Source of the DNA: Botryllus schlosseri
Lineage: Eukaryota
DNA: 64,000 nucleotides
Reading direction: 5' to 3'
Assembly: GCA_051294905.1 (NCBI GenBank)
Contig: CM119378.1
Location: forward strand, 3,474,001-3,538,000
Shown here piece by piece: positions 24,401 to 37,400 of the stretch. The position numbers and the translations under genes are program-made. The stretch's first letter is position 1, and each line of letters starts with the position of its first letter. The notes beneath the pieces were generated by a model. The model was not told the DNA's origin, did no database searches, and saw only the letters and a program-made list of their open reading frames with translations.

Positions 24401-27400
24401 TCAAAAATGTGTGAAATATTTGTAAAACCCTGCGATCGCTGACAAGATAATGTCTCGAACATAACCATCTTTAGCGACTTGGTGTTACAGACATGCCGAT
24501 CGCTCACAAGGTAATATTTCCGCAATAAGTTTGTCACAGAGCCGGCGCAGACGGTGATTCGTAAACCAACAATTTGACACTTTCTGGTGGTCGCTATATG
24601 TTTGACACTTCGGAACGCGGTTGACTTTAGTTGTATGATAAGAATCATGCGAAAATACAAGTAACGTGTCAATTTGTCAACTTGAAATGAAACTTACTAC
24701 ACAGCTCAAGTTGATTCGTATCTGAATGTGTTAATTCGGTACAATTCTAATTATTTCGAGAAATATTTTTAACGTGATCTTTTGATTCGACTGTAACCTA
24801 AATATTACTGACGCCGACTTTCAGCCACATTGAATTATTCGCACATTCCACACCGCTGTTTTCACACCTATAGAATGAATACCAACTATAACTCTACAAG
24901 AATCAAGAATCACAAGTATGCGCATTATACAGTTATTGTCTTTATCAACATGAAATCAAACTCTTAACAAAAACACGCGACTAATCATTTGTCAACTCTA
25001 ACATTATCAAAAAAATTCCAGTATTGTTGATTGAAAATCCTCGAGTTTTTTTTTTTAAGAATGTTATAGTACGGTGTCGGAATCCATTCGCGGATGTACT
25101 AAAGGTAAATTCAGATAATCCAGAATGAAATATTTTGACTTTGACATAGTGTGAATTGAAATAGGATTGACAAACATGACTAGCAACTTCCCCACAGTCC
25201 CGTTTCGATATTATACACACATTGATTTGAAACAAGTAATGCAACATTACAACTCTATTCACAGTTTTCCGTTTGTCAAATAGAGTTCCAGTAAATAATT
25301 TCACTATGCTATCGCGATATTTTAATGTGTTACTACACACAATCAAGTCAATCAATGAAATCGCACCTGTTGTAAATATTTCACACTTGACAACCGCTTG
25401 CACATAACACGATCGAGTTGCAATGCGATGAGTTGAATCGGAATATTTCAACCTACTTTGTCAAATCGCGATTTGAAGTAGGATCGCCAGACAGACTGGG
25501 TAAACTTTCACTCCAATGCGTTTCAGATTAATTTATTCACACGATCACCATCTCGCTGTCTTCACACTTACACAATCGCGTACTGTTTCCACTCGCAACT
25601 TCGGTACGATATTTCAACTTGTCACAATAACTGATTATTCACATGTTGATTTGAAACAAAAGAAACCTTGAACAAGTTATCTGGGTATTTTTTGTCGCAA
25701 TTGAGTTAATGGAAATAGTATTACGCCTCGAAATTTTAACATCTTACCATACGCAAAAGAGTCAATCATGAAAACCTTGTCAAGTAAATCCGTAAACCTT
25801 GTCAACTAAATCCGTTTGTAACTTACCAGACCAACTAGACAGTACCCGTACAGAAAGAAGACAAGATTACGCGAGTACATACAATCGCTACAATCTAAGC
25901 AAGTTCGGTTGTAGTCATATACCGCCAAATCGTCTTTTTTTGTTCAACTGTAAAAGTCGTTACTATTCTGTAAGATAAAGTAATTACTACTCGGTATATT
26001 TTATAAACCAAAGTAAATACTACTCGGTGTGTGGTTTGACATTAACATATTACATTTGAGTATACGAGATTTGAATGTCTGACCAACGTAGTTGAGAATT
26101 CATTTCTTGCAATCGAACGCACGCGTTATATTGAAAATGTTCACGATGTAAACATATGAATTGACACATTGATTTTGACATATGAGATTTTGTAATAGTC
26201 GATCATGACTTGATTATTAAATTATGACATTATTAGACCAGGATTGTGTTGAAGGTTATTACGATACCAACAAACTTTTCAGAAACATTGTTATTAGCAC
26301 ATCGATTTGTGAAACTAGATTAACATGTCTGAAATGTTTTGATTGGGAAGATTAAGCCGTGTTCATAAAAACCACGCAGCGTATTGTGGATATCAGGAAA
26401 TATTTTACAAATGTAATTGTCTCCACTAACCAAGACTAAAGATGAAACACCAATTTCCTTTGTTGAACAATAACCGGTACAATACTTTATCATCGTAATC
26501 TGCGGTGAGAATTGAAACACTTTCGCACATTATCCGGTGTCAAGATAGCACACTAGGTGAATTGACATACCGCCGCTTGATTAATGCTTAATCCGTTCGC
26601 ACCATTTCACATACTTTGATCATTACAAAAGTAAATTGGAATATGTTTGCTAGATGCATTCAGTTAGAAATGTCTGGTACACAACAATCGTAATATCAAG
26701 GAAGTACTTGCTACACTGTAATTCACTTAACGTGTTTTGCATTGTTGTTCATTTGTAGTATTGATTGTTTTTGAACCTCCAAATAATAATTCCCGACATG
26801 AAACCAAACCACTGAAAGTCGTTACCATCACAACGAAACAATTTGTACGATGTTTACCAAATGTATCCTATAGTTAGGTGTACTAGAATCACTGATCCAA
26901 CACATACACCGACAATGCAATCGAAATTTTCCCCATTGTCATTCGTCAAAGTAAAGGTCGTCACAATACTCAACCCGTAAAAGATCTTACTTGTATGTGA
27001 ATGAATCGCAGGTAATTAACCCACTAAATCAAACCATAAGGAAATTTCACTCACTCATCGGATATGAAACAGCGTCACTTAATCGGCGTAGATCGTTTTA
27101 CTAAATGCAAATCATACCTGACCAACAGAAAACAATTTTCACTCACCTTGTAATGAAACCAAGTGGTGGGCCTTCGTTCAATATTTTGTCTGTGTCAAAT
27201 ACTTTGTAATAAACACAATGGAGTGGTTGAGCTTTACATCATCAAGCTGTCATTAATAAATCAAGATTTCGGTAAACTTGTAAATGTATCGTTTAACTAA
27301 CCGAGTTGTATGCACAGTTTGATATTTTTGCCATTTAGTGATTGCTGAACATACCACTTCGAAATACTGCGTTGATCTCAATTCCCTTTGTCCTGATAAT

Positions 27401-28819
27401 CGAAGTACTTTTATTTTGAATTCATAACAACCGACTATGACATGATAAATTAGAAGATTTAAAAGATTGGTTGCATATCACTAAAAATAATATACCACAC
27501 ATATTATTACTGTTACTCCATTCATCGGTATTTTTTCCGTTGTCGATTTTCAAACGAGTAAAATTTATTACTTGAGTTGCTCTGCTTACTATATTTAAAT
27601 GTAAACTCACCCGTCTTTCAACAACAAACAATGTTAAAAAAGTATGCAATCAAACACAACAAGTTTTATGATACTAATTATTATCTCACATAACCCATTT
27701 CTTACCGAAGACATATGAAATATATTCATGTTACACGAAAATATTCGCTCATGCTACACACGAAAATATTCGCTCATGCTACAAACCTGTACAATGATTG
27801 GTGGTGCTTTCAAACTGTTTCGATACCTCAAGAACTTTATTGTCTGAATGGTTGTTCATGTATCGTAATAATCAAGTAGTTCAACACAGAACTAGTATTA
27901 ACAGAAACACCAGAGTTGTTTACACAAAAGTTTGTATGTGTACAGTATGCGAATACCGTGTGTAAGTCCAGCACAATTGTGGTATCCATACGAGTTTAGT
28001 TAACACAATTTACGACACCGAGGTCGCCTCATCTTTCGTAAGACAACAAACCAAGGCTTCAGGATATGTCCATGTCATAACAATAAATCAGCTACTCCAA
28101 CAACAGAGTACATATGTTTTCTAGTTACGGTGCTTACATCTTACACACAAATCGACCTACTTTGCTAACGAAAAGCGCTGAGTCATCACAACAATACAAC
28201 TAAAACATACTATCATACAAATTGGTCGTTATAGTTTGCCCACCAACGATACATCGTACAAGTAGCAAGTCTCGAGAATCCAGTTATTCAAAAAACGTGA
28301 AAGTGTTTCTACACCAAGTCGGTATGTTGACGAAAGCATATATTGTAATATCACGATCGATTTACATTCGTTGGTCACAAAATGTCACTACTCTAAATAA
28401 TTATTTTTCACTCAAAGCCTACTTGTCATCATTCGTTTCATCAAGCACGAGTTCAAGAAACCTGCTACGACATGAATTGTTATTTTTATGTTGTGTAAAT
28501 AGGTAATAATTAATTTTAGTAACACTATATCAACATCATCGAGTTGTGCGAATAGATTTACATGTGGTCTTGTGGTTTTAATCGAAGTATACAGCACGGT
28601 CTAATGTAGAGTCATCTCTATTGTACAACAACTCGATAATCGAAATGCATTAAAATTTAAACAACGATCTTGGTTCGTCGCACCAAAAATATGTTTACTA
28701 TCACGATACTCTACACAGGCCGTGTAAATCCTTTTCACACTCGTAATAGTATACCAACAGCTACCGGCGACAACGTTTAACAATACCAACGACACTAAAC
28801 ATACGATACCTACCCAAGT

Positions 28820-29670
28820 AAAATTACCATTTTCACCTGGAGGTTGGTCGTAACCCGAGTAGAAATACCATTATCCTTTGGAGATTAATCGTTTACCCAG
28901 TGTAACAAACCCCTTTTCCTTTGGTAATCTATTTTTCTCTGGGTAACAAACCTTCTTCACTTGAAAATATATTTTTTCTCTGGGTAACAAACCTTTTTCA
29001 CTTGGAAATATATTTTTTCTCTGGGTAACAAACCTTTTTCACTTGGAAATATATTTTTTCCCCGGGTAACAAACCTTTTTTCCCTGAGCAACAAACCATT
29101 TTCACTTGCAAATATATTTTTTCCCCGGGTAACAAACCTTTTTTCCCTCGGTAACAAACCTTTTTCACTTGCAAATATATTTTTTTCCTGGGTAACAAAC
29201 CTTTTTCACTTGGAAATATATTTTTTTCCCTCGGTAACAAACCTTTTTCGCTTGGAAATATATTTTTTCCCCGGGTAACAAACCTTTTTTCCCTGAGCAA
29301 CAAACCATTTTCACTTGCAAATATATTTTTTCCCCGGGTAACAAACCTTTTTTCCCTCGGTAACAAACCTTTTTCACTTGCAAATATATTTTTTTCCTGG
29401 GTAACAAACCTTTTTCACTTGGAAATATATTTTTTTCCCTCGGTAACAAACCTTTTTCGCTTGGAAATATATTTTTTCCCTGGGTAACAAACCTTTTTCG
29501 CTTGGAAATATATTTTTTCCTTGAGCAACAAACCATTTTCACTTGGCGGGTCGTCGTTTACCTGACTAAAAATATCATTTTCCTTTGGAGATCTGGCGTT
29601 TACCCAGTGTAGCAATACATTTTCTCTTGGTCATCTAGCTTTTCCTAGAGTAACAAAACCATTTTCATTT
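28820..29670 (-). repeat. Minisatellite (~41-bp unit, ~209-bp higher-order period) in the left arm
   Basis: Repeats of cacttggaaatatatttttt(c)cc(t/c)gggtaacaaaccttttt. Core ~28935-29545 with degenerate flanks. Confidence 0.95.
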
Positions 29671-29760
29671 TGAAATCTGACAAACACACCTGACAATTTG
29701 GTATTTGTTGTATTGACGATAGTTTGAAATAGATTACAACGAACAGTGACGGAAATATAC

Positions 29761-30129
29761 ATGGACTACCGGTTTCAGAGTATACCCCCTTCAGTCGTAT
29801 CACATCAATATCATCGGTTACCCACATACAATATCCTCTTGTACACCGAAATCCATGTTTTGGAAAATTGGACAATAGACTTCGATAGTTCTGTGATGTC
29901 CGGGATCGTGCTTTGGATTTTCCAGAGTCAAAATGTCTGAATAAAACACCTCCTCGATGATGGTTGGTATGTGGATAACGGGGTTCGGAAGACGGTTGGA
30001 TTTATGTCACCCATCGCGATAACAATTCCAGGTCGAGTTTTCCCCCGCATGTTTACTATATTGTGTCTTTATTGGTCAATGTATGTCTCGACATTCAGTT
30101 TGAAATCGGAAACCCTGATAAGTATGTAA
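29761..30129 (+). pseudogene. Possible element-borne ORF with one internal TGA (mirror copy at 31609-31977 on -)
   Basis: An ATG-initiated frame of 122 codons interrupted only by TGA at 29938-29940. No homology recognised. Confidence 0.3.
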
Positions 30130-30502
30130 CCGGATCCGGATATCAACTCTGAATCGATAAACCAATGAACAATATTCAAAGTAAACATGTTACATTCCAC
30201 GAAAAAATACCATCCAGACATACGTCGCGCTTGTTTGCCCACAACATATTACGCGTAAATGGAGGTGTGTGACATTGCATGCAATGTGTTGGTATACAAA
30301 CATCGATCCACAGACATTATCATAGCCGGTAGTTTTGATGTAGATCGAATGTCACCCGATAACAATACCAATAAGCCACATTGCAATGACTCTGAGTCAA
30401 TCTGAAGCGTGACATATAGACACACAAACATGGAACTTTACATGGTTATTCGCACGACGGTGAAAGTAAACTGTACAACATATACCAATAGAGCGTTCAC
30501 AG

Positions 30503-30778
30503 TCAAATATGCGAACCATGCACAATCATATACCCAGATTTTTGTTGGATATGTACAAATCCGATAAATCGATACATTTCTTTCCCTTCGACGTCAATAA
30601 TACAAAGGTCATTCCAATTCGTCGCTCGAATGTGAGGTTCGTCTGGTGTAAAATCCATGTCAAATAACACCAAAGTATACCTTCCGTGTTTTATTATTTC
30701 CACCGTCGCATCTTGTCTGTGTCGTAACACTATGGTGCAGGGACTTGAAAAACGGTACTTTGTAAAACGGATTGACAT
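30503..30778 (-). CDS. Hypothetical small intronless protein in the spacer (MSIRFTKYRFSSPCTIVL..., 91 aa)
   Basis: ATG-initiated ORF with globular, beta-rich-looking composition, part of a co-oriented ORF train. No family recognised. Confidence 0.35.
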   Translation of the reverse strand: MSIRFTKYRFSSPCTIVLRHRQDATVEIIKHGRYTLVLFDMDFTPDEPHIRATNWNDLCIIDVEGKEMYRFIGFVHIQQKSGYMIVHGSHI

Positions 30779-30980
30779 GACCAACTGAATCGACGTCAAT
30801 AGCCTTGTGACGACACCGTTTCAAAATGCTCCGATATGACGAGACCAACCCCGATCTCTTGTGGTGACGACCGTTTCGAAATGTCACCGGACGAGCTAGA
30901 CCCTTACGAAAGTGTGTTTTATGATTGCGTGTGAAATCACGAGGTAGTGTTCTATTGTGGTGTACGATCGCAGCCTTCAT
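30660..30980 (-). CDS. Hypothetical basic (R/K/H-rich) small protein in the spacer, 106 aa
   Basis: ATG-initiated ORF that overlaps the downstream ORF. No family recognised. Confidence 0.25.
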   Translation of the reverse strand: MKAAIVHHNRTLPRDFTRNHKTHFRKGLARPVTFRNGRHHKRSGLVSSYRSILKRCRHKAIDVDSVGHVNPFYKVPFFKSLHHSVTTQTRCDGGNNKTRKVYFGVI

Positions 30981-31167
30981 TCCACAGAAACATACCTTAT
31001 TGGATCACAATATCAGTCCGACATTTGCATAATCACTGTTCACGATATTTATCTGGAGTCGTTATGTGGGAGTAGCGACATCCATGCATCGTGATTTAGT
31101 GAAAGACTGATCGCAATCATTTCGAGCACCGTACTTCGATAGTTTGCATTGGTCAAACGCTGCAGTC

Positions 31168-31479
31168 TCAGCAGAAAATTCGGTGTCGACAACACGACGG
31201 ATATCGACCGATGTATCCAATTGGTCTGGGTGATCTGTCTGGAGATAGGGTCATGACTATCTTGCAATGTAACAACACGATAACACCATCGAGTAAATCA
31301 GTGAACGGTATCGAAATATCGATGCAATAGCGCGGACTCAGAGTCATTGCAATGTGGTTTATTGGTATTGTTATCGGGTGTGATGACATTCGATCTGCAT
31401 CAAAATTACCGGCTATGATAATGTCTGTGGATCGATGTTTGTATACCAACACATTGCATGCAATGTCACACACCTCCAT
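31168..31479 (-). CDS. Hypothetical 103-aa protein reading from the right arm into the spacer
   Basis: ATG-initiated. Its mirror copy in the left arm (from 30259) is frameshifted by a 5-bp deletion and stops shortly after the arm ends. Confidence 0.4.
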   Translation of the reverse strand: MEVCDIACNVLVYKHRSTDIIIAGNFDADRMSSHPITIPINHIAMTLSPRYCIDISIPFTDLLDGVIVLLHCKIVMTLSPDRSPRPIGYIGRYPSCCRHRIFC

Positions 31480-34400
31480 TTACGCGTAATATGTTGTGGG
31501 CAAACAAGCGCGACGTATGTCTGGATGGTATTTTTTCGTGGAATGTAACATGTTTACTTTGAATATTGTTCATTGGTTTATCGATTCAGAGTTGATATCC
31601 GGATCCGGTTACATACTTATCAGGGTTTCCGATTTCAAACTGAATGTCGAGACATACATTGACCAATAAAGACACAATATAGTAAACATGCGGGGGAAAA
31701 CTCGACCTGGAATTGTTATCGCGATGGGTGACATAAATCCAACCGTCTTCCGAACCCCGTTATCCACATACCAACCATCATCGAGGAGGTGTTTTATTCA
31801 GACATTTTGACTCTGGAAAATCCAAAGCACGATCCCGGACATCACAGAACTATCGAAGTCTATTGTCCAATTTTCCAAAACATGGATTTCGGTGTACAAG
31901 AGGATATTGTATGTGGGTAACCGATGATATTGATGTGATACGACTGAAGGGGGTATACTCTGAAACCGGTAGTCCATGTATATTTCCGTCACTGTTCGTT
32001 GTAATCTATTTCAAACTATCGTCAATACAACAAATACCAAATTGTCAGGTGTGTTTGTCAGATTTCAAAATGAAAATGGTTTTGTTACTCTAGGAAAAGC
32101 TAGATGACCAAGAGAAAATGTATTGCTACACTGGGTAAACGCCAGATCTCCAAAGGAAAATGATATTTTTAGTCAGGTAAACGACGACCCGCCAAGTGAA
32201 AATGGTTTGTTGCTCAAGGAAAAAATATATTTCCAAGCGAAAAAGGTTTGTTACCCAGGGAAAAAATATATTTCCAAGCGAAAAAGGTTTGTTACCGAGG
32301 GAAAAAAATATATTTCCAAGTGAAAAAGGTTTGTTACCCAGGAAAAAAATATATTTGCAAGTGAAAAAGGTTTGTTACCGAGGGAAAAAAGGTTTGTTAC
32401 CCGGGGAAAAAATATATTTGCAAGTGAAAATGGTTTGTTGCTCAGGGAAAAAAGGTTTGTTACCCGGGGAAAAAATATATTTCCAAGCGAAAAAGGTTTG
32501 TTACCGAGGGAAAAAAATATATTTCCAAGTGAAAAAGGTTTGTTACCCAGGAAAAAAATATATTTGCAAGTGAAAAAGGTTTGTTACCGAGGGAAAAAAG
32601 GTTTGTTACCCGGGGAAAAAATATATTTGCAAGTGAAAATGGTTTGTTGCTCAGGGAAAAAAGGTTTGTTACCCGGGGAAAAAATATATTTCCAAGTGAA
32701 AAAGGTTTGTTACCCAGAGAAAAAATATATTTCCAAGTGAAAAAGGTTTGTTACCCAGAGAAAAAATATATTTTCAAGTGAAGAAGGTTTGTTACCCAGA
32801 GAAAAATAGATTACCAAAGGAAAAGGGGTTTGTTACACTGGGTAAACGATTAATCTCCAAAGGATAATGGTATTTCTACTCGGGTTACGACCAACCTCCA
32901 GGTGAAAATGGTAATTTTACTTGGGTAGGTATCGTATGTTTAGTGTCGTTGGTATTGTTAAACGTTGTCGCCGGTAGCTGTTGGTATACTATTACGAGTG
33001 TGAAAAGGATTTACACGGCCTGTGTAGAGTATCGTGATAGTAAACATATTTTTGGTGCGACGAACCAAGATCGTTGTTTAAATTTTAATGCATTTCGATT
33101 ATCGAGTTGTTGTACAATAGAGATGACTCTACATTAGACCGTGCTGTATACTTCGATTAAAACCACAAGACCACATGTAAATCTATTCGCACAACTCGAT
33201 GATGTTGATATAGTGTTACTAAAATTAATTATTACCTATTTACACAACATAAAAATAACAATTCATGTCGTAGCAGGTTTCTTGAACTCGTGCTTGATGA
33301 AACGAATGATGACAAGTAGGCTTTGAGTGAAAAATAATTATTTAGAGTAGTGACATTTTGTGACCAACGAATGTAAATCGATCGTGATATTACAATATAT
33401 GCTTTCGTCAACATACCGACTTGGTGTAGAAACACTTTCACGTTTTTTGAATAACTGGATTCTCGAGACTTGCTACTTGTACGATGTATCGTTGGTGGGC
33501 AAACTATAACGACCAATTTGTATGATAGTATGTTTTAGTTGTATTGTTGTGATGACTCAGCGCTTTTCGTTAGCAAAGTAGGTCGATTTGTGTGTAAGAT
33601 GTAAGCACCGTAACTAGAAAACATATGTACTCTGTTGTTGGAGTAGCTGATTTATTGTTATGACATGGACATATCCTGAAGCCTTGGTTTGTTGTCTTAC
33701 GAAAGATGAGGCGACCTCGGTGTCGTAAATTGTGTTAACTAAACTCGTATGGATACCACAATTGTGCTGGACTTACACACGGTATTCGCATACTGTACAC
33801 ATACAAACTTTTGTGTAAACAACTCTGGTGTTTCTGTTAATACTAGTTCTGTGTTGAACTACTTGATTATTACGATACATGAACAACCATTCAGACAATA
33901 AAGTTCTTGAGGTATCGAAACAGTTTGAAAGCACCACCAATCATTGTACAGGTTTGTAGCATGAGCGAATATTTTCGTGTGTAGCATGAGCGAATATTTT
34001 CGTGTAACATGAATATATTTCATATGTCTTCGGTAAGAAATGGGTTATGTGAGATAATAATTAGTATCATAAAACTTGTTGTGTTTGATTGCATACTTTT
34101 TTAACATTGTTTGTTGTTGAAAGACGGGTGAGTTTACATTTAAATATAGTAAGCAGAGCAACTCAAGTAATAAATTTTACTCGTTTGAAAATCGACAACG
34201 GAAAAAATACCGATGAATGGAGTAACAGTAATAATATGTGTGGTATATTATTTTTAGTGATATGCAACCAATCTTCTAAATCTTCTAATTTATCATGTCA
34301 TAGTCGGTTGTTATGAATTCAAAATAAAAGTACTTCGATTATCAGGACAAAGGGAATTGAGATCAACGCAGTATTTCGAAGTGGTATGTTCAGCAATCAC

Positions 34401-37400
34401 TAAATGGCAAAAATATCAAACTGTGCATACAACTCGGTTAGTTAAACGATACATTTACAAGTTTACCGAAATCTTGATTTATTAATGACAGCTTGATGAT
34501 GTAAAGCTCAACCACTCCATTGTGTTTATTACAAAGTATTTGACACAGACAAAATATTGAACGAAGGCCCACCACTTGGTTTCATTACAAGGTGAGTGAA
34601 AATTGTTTTCTGTTGGTCAGGTATGATTTGCATTTAGTAAAACGATCTACGCCGATTAAGTGACGCTGTTTCATATCCGATGAGTGAGTGAAATTTCCTT
34701 ATGGTTTGATTTAGTGGGTTAATTACCTGCGATTCATTCACATACAAGTAAGATCTTTTACGGGTTGAGTATTGTGACGACCTTTACTTTGACGAATGAC
34801 AATGGGGAAAATTTCGATTGCATTGTCGGTGTATGTGTTGGATCAGTGATTCTAGTACACCTAACTATAGGATACATTTGGTAAACATCGTACAAATTGT
34901 TTCGTTGTGATGGTAACGACTTTCAGTGGTTTGGTTTCATGTCGGGAATTATTATTTGGAGGTTCAAAAACAATCAATACTACAAATGAACAACAATGCA
35001 AAACACGTTAAGTGAATTACAGTGTAGCAAGTACTTCCTTGATATTACGATTGTTGTGTACCAGACATTTCTAACTGAATGCATCTAGCAAACATATTCC
35101 AATTTACTTTTGTAATGATCAAAGTATGTGAAATGGTGCGAACGGATTAAGCATTAATCAAGCGGCGGTATGTCAATTCACCTAGTGTGCTATCTTGACA
35201 CCGGATAATGTGCGAAAGTGTTTCAATTCTCACCGCAGATTACGATGATAAAGTATTGTACCGGTTATTGTTCAACAAAGGAAATTGGTGTTTCATCTTT
35301 AGTCTTGGTTAGTGGAGACAATTACATTTGTAAAATATTTCCTGATATCCACAATACGCTGCGTGGTTTTTATGAACACGGCTTAATCTTCCCAATCAAA
35401 ACATTTCAGACATGTTAATCTAGTTTCACAAATCGATGTGCTAATAACAATGTTTCTGAAAAGTTTGTTGGTATCGTAATAACCTTCAACACAATCCTGG
35501 TCTAATAATGTCATAATTTAATAATCAAGTCATGATCGACTATTACAAAATCTCATATGTCAAAATCAATGTGTCAATTCATATGTTTACATCGTGAACA
35601 TTTTCAATATAACGCGTGCGTTCGATTGCAAGAAATGAATTCTCAACTACGTTGGTCAGACATTCAAATCTCGTATACTCAAATGTAATATGTTAATGTC
35701 AAACCACACACCGAGTAGTATTTACTTTGGTTTATAAAATATACCGAGTAGTAATTACTTTATCTTACAGAATAGTAACGACTTTTACAGTTGAACAAAA
35801 AAAGACGATTTGGCGGTATATGACTACAACCGAACTTGCTTAGATTGTAGCGATTGTATGTACTCGCGTAATCTTGTCTTCTTTCTGTACGGGTACTGTC
35901 TAGTTGGTCTGGTAAGTTACAAACGGATTTAGTTGACAAGGTTTACGGATTTACTTGACAAGGTTTTCATGATTGACTCTTTTGCGTATGGTAAGATGTT
36001 AAAATTTCGAGGCGTAATACTATTTCCATTAACTCAATTGCGACAAAAAATACCCAGATAACTTGTTCAAGGTTTCTTTTGTTTCAAATCAACATGTGAA
36101 TAATCAGTTATTGTGACAAGTTGAAATATCGTACCGAAGTTGCGAGTGGAAACAGTACGCGATTGTGTAAGTGTGAAGACAGCGAGATGGTGATCGTGTG
36201 AATAAATTAATCTGAAACGCATTGGAGTGAAAGTTTACCCAGTCTGTCTGGCGATCCTACTTCAAATCGCGATTTGACAAAGTAGGTTGAAATATTCCGA
36301 TTCAACTCATCGCATTGCAACTCGATCGTGTTATGTGCAAGCGGTTGTCAAGTGTGAAATATTTACAACAGGTGCGATTTCATTGATTGACTTGATTGTG
36401 TGTAGTAACACATTAAAATATCGCGATAGCATAGTGAAATTATTTACTGGAACTCTATTTGACAAACGGAAAACTGTGAATAGAGTTGTAATGTTGCATT
36501 ACTTGTTTCAAATCAATGTGTGTATAATATCGAAACGGGACTGTGGGGAAGTTGCTAGTCATGTTTGTCAATCCTATTTCAATTCACACTATGTCAAAGT
36601 CAAAATATTTCATTCTGGATTATCTGAATTTACCTTTAGTACATCCGCGAATGGATTCCGACACCGTACTATAACATTCTTAAAAAAAAAACTCGAGGAT
36701 TTTCAATCAACAATACTGGAATTTTTTTGATAATGTTAGAGTTGACAAATGATTAGTCGCGTGTTTTTGTTAAGAGTTTGATTTCATGTTGATAAAGACA
36801 ATAACTGTATAATGCGCATACTTGTGATTCTTGATTCTTGTAGAGTTATAGTTGGTATTCATTCTATAGGTGTGAAAACAGCGGTGTGGAATGTGCGAAT
36901 AATTCAATGTGGCTGAAAGTCGGCGTCAGTAATATTTAGGTTACAGTCGAATCAAAAGATCACGTTAAAAATATTTCTCGAAATAATTAGAATTGTACCG
37001 AATTAACACATTCAGATACGAATCAACTTGAGCTGTGTAGTAAGTTTCATTTCAAGTTGACAAATTGACACGTTACTTGTATTTTCGCATGATTCTTATC
37101 ATACAACTAAAGTCAACCGCGTTCCGAAGTGTCAAACATATAGCGACCACCAGAAAGTGTCAAATTGTTGGTTTACGAATCACCGTCTGCGCCGGCTCTG
37201 TGACAAACTTATTGCGGAAATATTACCTTGTGAGCGATCGGCATGTCTGTAACACCAAGTCGCTAAAGATGGTTATGTTCGAGACATTATCTTGTCAGCG
37301 ATCGCAGGGTTTTACAAATATTTCACACATTTTTGAAGTGTTGGTTTGTGAACGCGGTTATTGTCGGTATTCGAATCACCGGCTACGCCGGCTCTGTGGT

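Larger units (their letters stand above)
23783..30398 (+). repeat. Left arm (6616 bp) of the giant inverted repeat
   Basis: Reverse complement of 31335-37954. Paired coordinates sum to 61737, 61738 or 61733 across two indels. Confidence 0.97.

Noticed and set aside
24981..25451. 156-aa ORF (mirror 36287-36730) and 122-aa ORF 24304-24672 in the arms
   Set aside because: They have non-ATG starts, no recognisable motifs, and the frame is not preserved in the sister element. They may be decayed genes, but I cannot support a call.
28935..29545. CRISPR-like appearance of regularly spaced repeats
   Set aside because: There are no unique spacers, the context is eukaryotic with introns, and no cas genes are present. 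It is a tandem minisatellite.
28957..29615. K/R-rich ORFs (e.g. MLPREKRFVTRGKNIF..) and their mirrors at 32123-32781
   Set aside because: They are translations of the minisatellite, open in several frames at once, with no evidence of coding.
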